From an uncultured bacterium (GTDB lineage: Bacteria; Gemmatimonadota; Gemmatimonadetes; JACCXV01; JAHWKZ01), in the NCBI GenBank assembly GCA_965365605.1, contig CBDUCI010000002.1:1-35770 (forward strand): a stretch of 35,770 nucleotides of DNA, read 5' to 3'. The notes beneath the pieces were generated by a model that worked only from the letters and a program-made list of their open reading frames with translations, did not search any database and was not told where the DNA came from. Position 1 is the stretch's first letter, and each line of letters opens with the position of its first letter. This document shows, piece after piece, positions 8,508-15,855 of this stretch. The translations under genes were made by a program, and so were the position numbers.

Positions 8508-9877
8508 CGGTTCCCCTGCTCTGGGAACAGGTCCAGCCCGGTGCCTCGTTCGAGTTCCACCAGGGCAACGTAGAAGTCGTACGTCGACGCGATCAGATCT
8601 GTTTCCGCTTCTGCGGCGCGAACTTGTGAGTCGAGCAAGTCGACGAACGACCCGGCACCGGTTTCGTACCGTGCCTCACCGAGCCTTAGATCTTCGGTTG
8701 CCAACTCGACGCTCCTTAGGTTGGCCTGGTGAGCGGCGTGGCTGGTCATGAGACGCGAGAAGGCGGTGCGCACGGTCTCCTCGATCGACAGTTCACGTCG
8801 TCGCCGCTCGGCACGCGTCGATTGCAGCGCAGCGTTGGCTCGGCTCGTCTCGTTGCGTCGACTGAACCCATCGAAGAGTCGCCAGTTGAGTGAGAACGCC
8901 CAGAAGTTGCGCGAGTCGAGATCCGAGAATTGGAAGTCACTCGTGTCGGCGGCGGAACTCGACAAGCTGTATTGGAATTGGAGACCCGGAAAGTACGCGC
9001 TGCGAGCGATCCAGAGGTTCGCGCGGTCGGCTCGCTCCTGGGCCGCTGTCTCACGGACCGATGGGTGTAGATCGAGTGCTCGATCGACGAGAGTTTCGAC
9101 TTCAAACGGAGGGGAGAACACTACGAAGTCGGTGGTTAGCTCGATCGGTCCGGCGGGCAAGCCACCGACCAGGCTTCGCAGTGACAACTGCGCCTCCTCG
9201 GCGGCTTGTTGCGCCTCGAGTGCGGCCACCTGACCCTGGTTCAGGCTGAGCTGGGCCTGCAGCACGTCGGACTTGGTAACCTCGCCGACGGCGTACCGCG
9301 ACTCCGCTAGCACGAGGTGTTTCTCAAGGCGCTCGATCTCGCGCGCGGCTTGCGTGACTAGTGCTTGTTGCCGGCGCGTGCCTAGGTACTGCTGCTTGAT
9401 GTCGGCGCGGGTTTCCCACCACTGCGAATCGTAAGCCGCAATGGCGCGCTCGGATTCGGCTCGCGCTCCACGGATCCGGAAGATGTCACGACCGGCGTCG
9501 AGCAAGCTGTGGGTGAAATCCCATTGATAGATTGTGGTGTACGTGAGCGGGCTGGAGAACTGCGACCCGCCGAGGTTGAAGTTGCCAGACTCCGCGCGCT
9601 GAGCTAGGCCTTGAAAGCCTACCTGCGGCATCAAGTTGCCGTATGCGTCCCACACTCCCGCCCCAGCGGCAGATCGACTGAAAGCCGATTGAAGAACGAC
9701 CGGGTTCTCCCGCTGTCCGGTCTCGAGCGCGGCCGCTAGTGACAATCGCAACGTATCGCGCGCCTGCGCCTGGGTTGCCGCGGCACCCGGGGTCGGCAGG
9801 AGACAAACCAGGGTCAATGCCAGCTGAAGGAGCGCGCGGGGGTGCTGATTGGGGGAAGACATATGGCCTCGCTTCAT
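8504..9877 (-). CDS. tolC: TolC-family outer-membrane efflux protein
   Basis: Signal peptide (LALTLVCLLPTPGAAA). Internally duplicated helix-rich OEP architecture, with a terminal block YDFYVALVELERGTG typical of the family. First gene of the tolC-adaptor-ATPase run. Confidence 0.8.
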   Translation of the reverse strand: MKRGHMSSPNQHPRALLQLALTLVCLLPTPGAAATQAQARDTLRLSLAAALETGQRENPVVLQSAFSRSAAGAGVWDAYGNLMPQVGFQGLAQRAESGNFNLGGSQFSSPLTYTTIYQWDFTHSLLDAGRDIFRIRGARAESERAIAAYDSQWWETRADIKQQYLGTRRQQALVTQAAREIERLEKHLVLAESRYAVGEVTKSDVLQAQLSLNQGQVAALEAQQAAEEAQLSLRSLVGGLPAGPIELTTDFVVFSPPFEVETLVDRALDLHPSVRETAAQERADRANLWIARSAYFPGLQFQYSLSSSAADTSDFQFSDLDSRNFWAFSLNWRLFDGFSRRNETSRANAALQSTRAERRRRELSIEETVRTAFSRLMTSHAAHQANLRSVELATEDLRLGEARYETGAGSFVDLLDSQVRAAEAETDLIASTYDFYVALVELERGTGLDLFPEQGNR

Positions 9878-9962
9878 CGCCGATTGTGCGTTCGATTCGT
9901 GATGTGACGCTACCGCGCGTTCTATCGTTCGATCGCGCGCGACGCGTGGGATGGGGACTCCG

Positions 9963-11189
9963 TCAGTAGTTCTCCAGAATCTGTACCCGATCGCCGTCCC
10001 ACGTCATCTCCAAAGTCCTTTGCTCGGCCTCGAACCGGAACCGGCCGTCTCCCGTTGTCATCCGTGCCGAGCCACGAAAGCGCTGCGCTGTGGCTTGCGC
10101 ATAGGTAGTGGCAAAGCGCTCGGCGTCGTCCGCCGAGTCCCACACGAGTGTCCACCCGTACGCCAGCTCTCCCGAAGGTTTTTCGTAGAGCACGTAGCGA
10201 TCGCCATCCCAGCCGGCGGCTCCGGTCGCCGCTGCCGAATCGCCTAGCGCGGCTGCCAAGATGAGCCCGGTGCCGAACTCTCCCCAACTGCCATCGGTCA
10301 ACTCGCGGCCCAACTCGTCTCGGCGGGGAGGAGTTGGAGTCCGAGGCTGATCGCGGGTCTGCCAGTAGCGGGTGGGATGCAGGATTTGCTCTGTCGACGC
10401 CGGTGGGTCCCGGTACAGCGCATCGACCGATTCCCAACCACCTTCGCGAAGCGCAGCGATGACGAAACTCGCGCCTTCGACGTATGGAAACAGCAGCAAC
10501 CGTTGCAGCGCTTCGGGTGCCTGGTCAAAGGCCGGATACGCCTGAGCGATGGCTCCCGAGCTTCCGGCCAGCAGATCGGTGGGGTCGGGTAACTGCTCGA
10601 TCGAGACACCGGTTGGAGCCAGCATAAAGGCGAGCATCGCCGCCATCGCGTCGCCCTCGGCCACCGCCACACGGGCTAGCGCACCGTCCTCGCTAGGTCC
10701 GAGTTCACCCAGCCAGGCGGCGAGATCGAAGTGTTGGTCCTGGAGGGCGTGAGTGACCTCGTGGGCCACAACCGCCCGCTGGAGCAACTGGGGCAACCAA
10801 TCGGCCAGATAGAACGTTTTCCTGTGCGGATCGTAGTAGCCTGCCACCTGTTCGGTGTAGAGGCGGACGACGAGATCCTTGAGGTCGGCGCCGACGGGAA
10901 GCAGGCCGCAGTGCGACAGGAGTGCGCTTTGCGCGGTCCAGTCCGCTTGCGACATCTCGCGCTCAAGCGCCTGGGTTGCATACTGCCGGATCGTTTCCCG
11001 GTCGCTGACCTGGAAGTCGACCGGGCCCCGCCAGTCGAGCTGACGGATGGCGGCCAACTCTTCACCGACGGCGCGGGCTGCGACGACCAGTGCCGATGGC
11101 GCTTCGCGCTGAGCGGCGAGTGATTCTGGGAACGATACGAGCGCGCCGGCGACCAGCGCTGTAATCGTGAGCCAGCGAAAGGATCTCAT
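9963..11189 (-). CDS. Secreted zinc metallopeptidase-like protein (HExxH, MA-clan-like)
   Basis: Signal peptide MRSFRWLTITALVAGALVSFPESLAAQ. HEVTHALQDQH motif with a downstream AVAEGDAMA block that could supply the third ligand. The family is not identified more precisely. Confidence 0.6.
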   Translation of the reverse strand: MRSFRWLTITALVAGALVSFPESLAAQREAPSALVVAARAVGEELAAIRQLDWRGPVDFQVSDRETIRQYATQALEREMSQADWTAQSALLSHCGLLPVGADLKDLVVRLYTEQVAGYYDPHRKTFYLADWLPQLLQRAVVAHEVTHALQDQHFDLAAWLGELGPSEDGALARVAVAEGDAMAAMLAFMLAPTGVSIEQLPDPTDLLAGSSGAIAQAYPAFDQAPEALQRLLLFPYVEGASFVIAALREGGWESVDALYRDPPASTEQILHPTRYWQTRDQPRTPTPPRRDELGRELTDGSWGEFGTGLILAAALGDSAAATGAAGWDGDRYVLYEKPSGELAYGWTLVWDSADDAERFATTYAQATAQRFRGSARMTTGDGRFRFEAEQRTLEMTWDGDRVQILENY

Positions 11190-11905
11190 GGGCGAGACCA
11201 GGTGACGTCGCGCGTCACTTCTTCGATACGGAGCAGGTCATGAGGTGGATCGGCTGCAAACCAATACCGCTCTTCGAGCCACGAAACGCGGAGATGAACG
11301 GGGTATGCCCGCACCCTCGAGCCGCCAAGCGAGACTGGCGTCGGGGCGCCGATCTCGAGTCGCGCAGGTATCGCTCGTTGCTCGAAACCGAGCACGAGGT
11401 TGAAGCTCACGACCCGGCCGGTTTCGAAGTCGAGGGCCGTGAGGGTCAGCGGAAGCTGCGCCTGGTCGAGGGTCGGCGGCGGGGTTCGCACGTTCGTTTC
11501 GCGTTTGCCGGTCGGGGTGGTGATCGCGAGCCGCGCTTGGCCGTCGAACCCACGACCGTAGCTGACTTCGGCAGTCAAGCTCCCGTCGTCCCGATGTACG
11601 CGCTGGAAACTCGAGACCGGGGTGTGCGAGCGCGGATCGATTATTGCGACCAAGCTGTCGAGCCCAAGATTCGTGCGGCGGTAGCGAGCGAGCCGCAGAT
11701 CTCGGCGCCGCGAAATGACCGCGAACCGAAGCGTGTCGCCTCTGGTGCTGACCAGAGCGAACTCTCCCTCTCGCAGGGGTCGATCTGCGAACGGGATCGG
11801 CGGTGTACCTCCAGGTCCGTTCTCCGATCCATCACCGGAGCTGCAGGCCATCAGCCCGGCGAAGACCGCGGTGGCGACGATGTTTAATAGTGGAATACAA
11901 CGCAT
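11186..11905 (-). CDS. Hypothetical lipoprotein
   Basis: MRCIPLLNIVATAVFAGLMAC|SSGDG, a lipobox-like LMAC followed by a Gly/Ser-rich linker. Its stop overlaps the start of the peptidase gene (ATGA-type 4-nt overlap). Confidence 0.55.
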   Translation of the reverse strand: MRCIPLLNIVATAVFAGLMACSSGDGSENGPGGTPPIPFADRPLREGEFALVSTRGDTLRFAVISRRRDLRLARYRRTNLGLDSLVAIIDPRSHTPVSSFQRVHRDDGSLTAEVSYGRGFDGQARLAITTPTGKRETNVRTPPPTLDQAQLPLTLTALDFETGRVVSFNLVLGFEQRAIPARLEIGAPTPVSLGGSRVRAYPVHLRVSWLEERYWFAADPPHDLLRIEEVTRDVTWSRP

Positions 11906-11932
11906 CGAAGGGATAAGATAAGGATTCGACGA

Positions 11933-12856
11933 ATGGACATGCCAAGACGATCCAGGTGGCTTTGTATGCTCATCTCAGCGGCGGTCGTTCTCGCGCCGGT
12001 GTTCGGTTTCGAGCTGCGGGCGCAGGACATCCAGCCGCTGGCGCCGGTGCTCGAACCGAACGACCGCGAAGAGCCTGCGGACGGCGTCGAGACACCGAAT
12101 CCCGATGAGCCCGGACTCATCCCATTGCCCGAGGCACCAAATCGAACCACTGCGGCTTCCAGGGACCGGATCCGTGTGACGACCGTGCTGCCGGCGTCGT
12201 GGAGCGGCGTCGTGGCCAGCTATCAGCCGCTATGGATAGGGATCTTGTCGCCGAACGGCTTTGGCTTGCATCGCTGGACACCCTATTTCGCGTCGTCGGC
12301 GTTGGCCCCAGTGCTGACCGCGCACCCGTTTTTTGGACCGTGGGGGGTGCTGAGCTACGATGGCTGGATCCTCGATCGCTACCGCCAGGTCTGGACCTCG
12401 GCTCAGCCACCCGAGCGATTCGCTGAGGCCGGCCACTGGTTGCAGCTCGGAGATCGCGCGATGGCGGAGCGGAGCGCGCGCGAGGCAGCCACAGCCTACC
12501 GCCACGTGACGCTTGTAGCCCCCGATTTTCCGCTGGGTTACCTCGGTCTTGGCGCCGCGCTGGCAGAGCTCGGTGACGACGTCGGCGCGGCACAGGCGTT
12601 TCGGCAAAGCCTAGATCGCTACCCGGCGTGGCTCGGGCTGTCCGTTGATTGGTCGCTTCTGTATGGCCGCCGAGACCGGCTCGAGGCGGTTCAGGCGGCT
12701 GCCGACCAACGGGCCGAGAGCGGCTCGGCCAATAGCCAGTTTGTGGCTGGCGTTTTGCACATGTTCGGTGACGACCCAACGCTGGGACGCGAGATGCTGA
12801 GCGGGCTCCCGGACGACCCCCACGCGGTCCACCTGATGGCCCGGGGACCCCGCTAG
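11933..12856 (+). CDS. Secreted TPR-like repeat protein
   Basis: N-terminal hydrophobic signal-like segment (WLCMLISAAVVLAPVFG). C-terminal half has TPR-like helices (AATAYRHVTLVAPDFPLGYLGLGAALAELGDDVGAAQAFRQSLDRYP). Coding-like codon usage. Confidence 0.55.
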   Translation: MDMPRRSRWLCMLISAAVVLAPVFGFELRAQDIQPLAPVLEPNDREEPADGVETPNPDEPGLIPLPEAPNRTTAASRDRIRVTTVLPASWSGVVASYQPLWIGILSPNGFGLHRWTPYFASSALAPVLTAHPFFGPWGVLSYDGWILDRYRQVWTSAQPPERFAEAGHWLQLGDRAMAERSAREAATAYRHVTLVAPDFPLGYLGLGAALAELGDDVGAAQAFRQSLDRYPAWLGLSVDWSLLYGRRDRLEAVQAAADQRAESGSANSQFVAGVLHMFGDDPTLGREMLSGLPDDPHAVHLMARGPR

Positions 12857-12909
12857 GCGACCCCAGCGGACGCTGACCGACCCGATCGCGGAAGCGATCC
12901 CCCAAAAAA

Positions 12910-12925
12910 CGGTACAGGACTTGCA
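12910..12925 (+). promoter_or_regulatory. Weaker sigma-54-like -24/-12 element upstream of the EBP-like regulator gene
   Basis: cGGTACAggacTTGCA with canonical spacing. It would leave only about 5 nt of leader before ATG 12941, or about 29 nt if TTG 12965 is the real start. Confidence 0.3.
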
Positions 12926-12940
12926 GCTTCCGGTCGCGTT

Positions 12941-13927
12941 ATGAAGACCGAAAGGGACCTAGCTTTGGTTCTGCCCGATCTCCCCCCCGAGAGCGTCGCA
13001 TCTGACTACTGGGAGATCGGAGCACACCCCAATTACCTGCTCAGCGTGAATGAGGACGTTGTCGGGGCACGGGACCGGTTGTCACAGGTCTCCGACACTT
13101 CGCTGACGGTTGTCCTCTACGGTGAGCGCGGGGTAGGGAAGGAAGTTCTGGCGCACGGAGTGCACAGTCTCTCGAGCCGCGCCGAGAAGAGCTTTACGGC
13201 GCTCAACGCCTACGCAGTCCCGAGAGCTTCGATCGATCGCGAGCTGTTTGGTAACGGTTATGGAGGCAAGCTCGATAGTGGCCAAGACGGGACGATGTAC
13301 ATCCATGGCATCGAGTCGCTCTCTCAAGACATTCGCGAGCGACTGGTGGAGTGGAAACGCGATCGCGAGACCTCATCCGAACCGAGCGCGCGTATCATCC
13401 TAAGCTGCGAAGCGCCGTCGATGAACGCCGACGGACTCACGGAGCTCGAGCGGATGTGGGCGCCGGCCGGAGGCGCGGTGCGGGTCGAGATCCCCCCGCT
13501 GCGCGAGCGACCCGAGGACATTCCGCTGTTAGCGACCCACATCGTTCAGAAGTATGGACCCTTTTACGGCTCGAGCATCCGAGTTCTCCGGGGTAGCTTC
13601 CTGCGGTTCTTACAGGCTTACCAGTGGCCTGGAAACACCCGTGAGCTCGAGCGCGTTTTGAGACGCTTCCTGGTGATCGAAGACGAAGAGGTGATCCGTG
13701 CCGAGTTGGGCAGCAAGCAGCCGGTGCAGGATACGTTCGACGACGAAGCCGAGACGGGGGGCTCGCTGAAGGCGATGGTCGCCCGTGCGGTTAGCCGGGT
13801 CGAAAGCCGCGAGATCGCCCGCGCATTGGAGCGCGCACGCTGGAACAAGAAACGCGCGGCGGCAGACCTCGGGATCAGCTACAAGTCCCTCCTGAACAAG
13901 ATCAAGCAGTACGAGATCGAGACGTAG
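12941..13927 (+). CDS. Degenerate sigma-54 enhancer-binding-protein-like regulator (AAA+ core plus Fis-type HTH; no receiver domain, no GAFTGA, no Walker B acidic pair)
   Basis: Walker A LYGERGVGKE. IPPLRERPEDIP and YQWPGNTRELERV blocks match NtrC/PspF-type cores. C-terminal HTH ALERARWNKKRAAADLGISYKSLLNKIKQYEI. The stretch ELFGNGYGGKLDSGQDGTMYIHGI replaces ELFGHExGAFTGA...GTLFLDE, about 10 residues shorter. An alternative TTG start lies at 12965 (AAGGGA upstream). Confidence 0.75.
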   Translation: MKTERDLALVLPDLPPESVASDYWEIGAHPNYLLSVNEDVVGARDRLSQVSDTSLTVVLYGERGVGKEVLAHGVHSLSSRAEKSFTALNAYAVPRASIDRELFGNGYGGKLDSGQDGTMYIHGIESLSQDIRERLVEWKRDRETSSEPSARIILSCEAPSMNADGLTELERMWAPAGGAVRVEIPPLRERPEDIPLLATHIVQKYGPFYGSSIRVLRGSFLRFLQAYQWPGNTRELERVLRRFLVIEDEEVIRAELGSKQPVQDTFDDEAETGGSLKAMVARAVSRVESREIARALERARWNKKRAAADLGISYKSLLNKIKQYEIET

Positions 13928-13951
13928 GAGCCGGGTTTCGGCTCTCGTTTT
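13927..13951 (+). terminator. Possible intrinsic terminator after the regulator gene
   Basis: GGAGCCG-ggttt-CGGCTCT hairpin (6 bp plus G:U) followed by CGTTTTG. Confidence 0.4.
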
Positions 13952-13968
13952 GCAACCGCGGTTGCAAA
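13949..13968. promoter_or_regulatory. Perfect 20-bp palindrome, candidate regulator binding site (UAS/operator)
   Basis: TTTGCAACCGCGGTTGCAAA equals its own reverse complement. It lies just after the regulator gene and about 200 bp upstream of the sigma-54-like promoter at 14159. Confidence 0.45.
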
Positions 13969-14158
13969 TCCCCGAAAATTCTGCTGTAACTGCATGTTGG
14001 ACAATTTGTTAGCCGGTTTTGTCAGAGGTCGGAAAGGGCTTCGTAGACCTCCTCGACGGTACTCGATTCCATGATTGTGGAAGGGGGCTTCCGCGCCGGT
14101 GTTCCACCGGGGTGCATCGGGCCGCCAAAACGTCCGGATCACCGCCTCTGGGGCTTTG

Positions 14159-14174
14159 TGGCACGCGAAGTGCA
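14159..14174 (+). promoter_or_regulatory. Candidate sigma-54 (-24/-12) promoter upstream of flp1
   Basis: TGGCACGcgaaGTGCA versus consensus TGGCACG-N4-TTGCW. GG and GC have exactly canonical spacing and there is only one mismatch. The -12 C is at 14173, predicting a start near 14185, about 40 nt before the flp1 ATG. Confidence 0.6.
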
Positions 14175-14225
14175 TTTCCAGGGGGCGAGTAGCGTGAAAC
14201 GACCAACCTCACGAACAGAGGACGG

Positions 14226-14453
14226 ATGATCGCAAGAGTCGCAGAAACGCCCGTGCAAACTGGGGAAGCGGCAGTTCCGCTAACTCTCGGCAGTGCGCTG
14301 CGGGCTGATGCAGGACAGGACCTCGCAGAGTACGCGATCCTCATCGGGCTCATCGCGCTGGTCGTGATAGGAGCGGTCACGCTGTTCGGAACACAACTCG
14401 TTGCGGCGTACAACAACATCGCCGCGCAACTGCCGTTCGTCGGCGGATCGTAA
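14226..14453 (+). CDS. flp: Flp-family pilin (flp1, long 30-aa leader)
   Basis: G|QDLAEYAILIGLIALVVIGAVTLFG matches the Flp processing motif G/XXXXEY followed by a hydrophobic helix. GAGGA lies upstream of the ATG. Ends ...FVGGS. Confidence 0.85.
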   Translation: MIARVAETPVQTGEAAVPLTLGSALRADAGQDLAEYAILIGLIALVVIGAVTLFGTQLVAAYNNIAAQLPFVGGS

Positions 14454-14499
14454 GTCGAAAACCCCACGTGGCCCTGAGTGGGCCGGGAGGAAACAACCG

Positions 14500-14682
14500 A
14501 TGGTAGCACTTTGGAACGCTTTCTGGAACGATGAGTCAGGTCAGGACCTGGCTGAGTACGCGCTGTTGATCGCGCTGATCGCGCTGGTCGTGATCGCCGC
14601 AGTCACGCTGTTGGGTCAGAACATCAACACGGTGTTCACCAACATCGCCAACGCTCTGACTGGAGCTGCTGGCGGGTCGTAG
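14500..14682 (+). CDS. flp: Flp-family pilin (flp2)
   Basis: MVALWNAFWNDESG|QDLAEYALLIALIALVVIAAVTLLG. ATG 14500 is preceded by GGGAGG (14485-14490). The longer ORF from 14401 overlaps flp1 and is rejected. Confidence 0.9.
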   Translation: MVALWNAFWNDESGQDLAEYALLIALIALVVIAAVTLLGQNINTVFTNIANALTGAAGGS

Positions 14683-14705
14683 TCACTACGACTCTCCACC
14701 GAGGA

Positions 14706-14751
14706 GCCGGGGTCCGAAGCACGGGGGAACGGGCCCCGGCCTTCCTTGTTT
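14706..14751 (+). terminator. Hairpin plus T-rich tail between flp2 and cpaA (possible attenuator)
   Basis: GCCGGGGTCC ... GGGCCCCGGC (9 of 10 positions pair) followed by CTTCCTTGTTT. Confidence 0.45.
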
Positions 14752-14808
14752 AGAGAACCCAAGAACCCCCCGAGTCGGGCCCAGGCCGATGGCTCTATTA
14801 ATCAGGTC

Positions 14809-15318
14809 ATGATTCACGTTCTTAGCACCTTCGCGTTAACGGTCGTAGTGGTGTTGGCTGTGGCATCCGATCTTCGTACGCGCCGCATCCCGAACGCACT
14901 GACGGTTTCCGGCCTCGGTGTCGCGCTCGCGCTGCGTGCGGTTACCGGCCTCGATGCGTTTGTCGCGGGCTTGGCAGGCGGAGCGATCGCGCTCGGCCTG
15001 ACGCTGCCATTAGTCGTGCTTGGTGGATTGGGCGGTGGTGATTCCAAGCTGCTCGTCGCGGTCGGGGCGTTTCTCGGTCCCGCAGGCCTCCCCATGGCCC
15101 TGCTCGTCACCGCACTGGTTGGTGGCGTCATGGCGCTGGGGTTGGTCGTATACCGCGGAGTGCTCGGCGCGACCCTCGCACACTGCTGGCAGTTGACCCG
15201 CCGGTTGTGGACCCCAAGCACGGCTGAACCTCTTCGGACACTTGGAACTCCTGGCGCGATAGCGATCCCATATGGCGTCGCGATCGGGGCCGGGGCAATC
15301 GCAGGATGGATCCTATGA
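14809..15318 (+). CDS. cpaA: Flp prepilin peptidase (A24 aspartic peptidase, CpaA/TadV)
   Basis: Two catalytic-Asp blocks, DLRTRRIPN and GGGDSKLL, in a polytopic hydrophobic protein. The ATG 14809 start gives the same N-terminal spacing as the paralog at 34508. Confidence 0.85.
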   Translation: MIHVLSTFALTVVVVLAVASDLRTRRIPNALTVSGLGVALALRAVTGLDAFVAGLAGGAIALGLTLPLVVLGGLGGGDSKLLVAVGAFLGPAGLPMALLVTALVGGVMALGLVVYRGVLGATLAHCWQLTRRLWTPSTAEPLRTLGTPGAIAIPYGVAIGAGAIAGWIL

Positions 15319-15770
15319 GTTGCGAAATTCGTCGCATTTGCCGGCGTTTGTGCCGCCCCGTCCCCGAAAAGGAAACAGGCCAGACCCTAGTCGAGTTCGC
15401 CCTAGTCATTCCTATCCTTTTGGCACTCGTTATCGGGATTTTCGAGTTTGGGCGAGCTTGGAATGTCTACCAGGTAATCACCAATACGGCTCGGGAAGGC
15501 GCGCGCCTTGCAGTCATACCGAGCAGTGACGAAAACGGGGTACGGACCGCCATCGATCAAGGTCTCACGGCGGCCGCGCTCGATCCCGGCGTGAGCACGG
15601 TGACGATCACCGGGCTTGGCGGCGGGACCGGGACCCCGACGACGATACAGCTCGATTATCCGTACCAGTTTCAGTTCATAGGCCCGATAGTTGCGTTCCT
15701 GGACGGGCCCGATGACGACATGAACGGGGCGATCACCCTGTCGACGACCGTCATCATGCGTAATGAGTAG
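15306..15770 (+). CDS. tadE: TadE-like Flp minor pilin (locus 1)
   Basis: ETGQTLVEFALVIPILLALVIGIFEFGRAWN. An alternative start at ATG 15315 forms an ATGA overlap with the cpaA stop. Confidence 0.8.
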   Translation: MDPMSCEIRRICRRLCRPVPEKETGQTLVEFALVIPILLALVIGIFEFGRAWNVYQVITNTAREGARLAVIPSSDENGVRTAIDQGLTAAALDPGVSTVTITGLGGGTGTPTTIQLDYPYQFQFIGPIVAFLDGPDDDMNGAITLSTTVIMRNE

Positions 15771-15828
15771 TAAACGCTCAATGAGTAGGACCGAGTAAAC
15801 CAGTAGTAGCTAGTAAACGAGGGACAGG
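15762..15828 (+). repeat. AT-rich, stop-codon-dense short direct repeats in the tadE-cpaB spacer
   Basis: AATGAGTAG occurs at 15762 and 15780. (T/G)AGTAAAC occurs three times, with GTAAAC at 15770, 15795 and 15823. TAA/TAG/TGA are present in all three frames. Confidence 0.6.
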
Positions 15829-15855
15829 CCTGCTACCAGGCACGGGAGGAAACCA

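Noticed and set aside
11933-12856. The TPR protein as the missing TadD pilotin.
   Set aside because: TadD is a lipoprotein, and this protein has no lipobox cysteine after its hydrophobic N-terminus. It is also separated from the tad genes by the regulator gene. TPR content alone is not diagnostic, so it is left as a generic TPR protein.
13996-14012. IHF-like site (GGACAATTTGTTAG) between the palindrome and the sigma-54 promoter.
   Set aside because: It is only a partial match to WATCAANNNNTTR (the ATC is missing). It lies close to the palindrome rather than midway to the promoter, so it is too weak to call.
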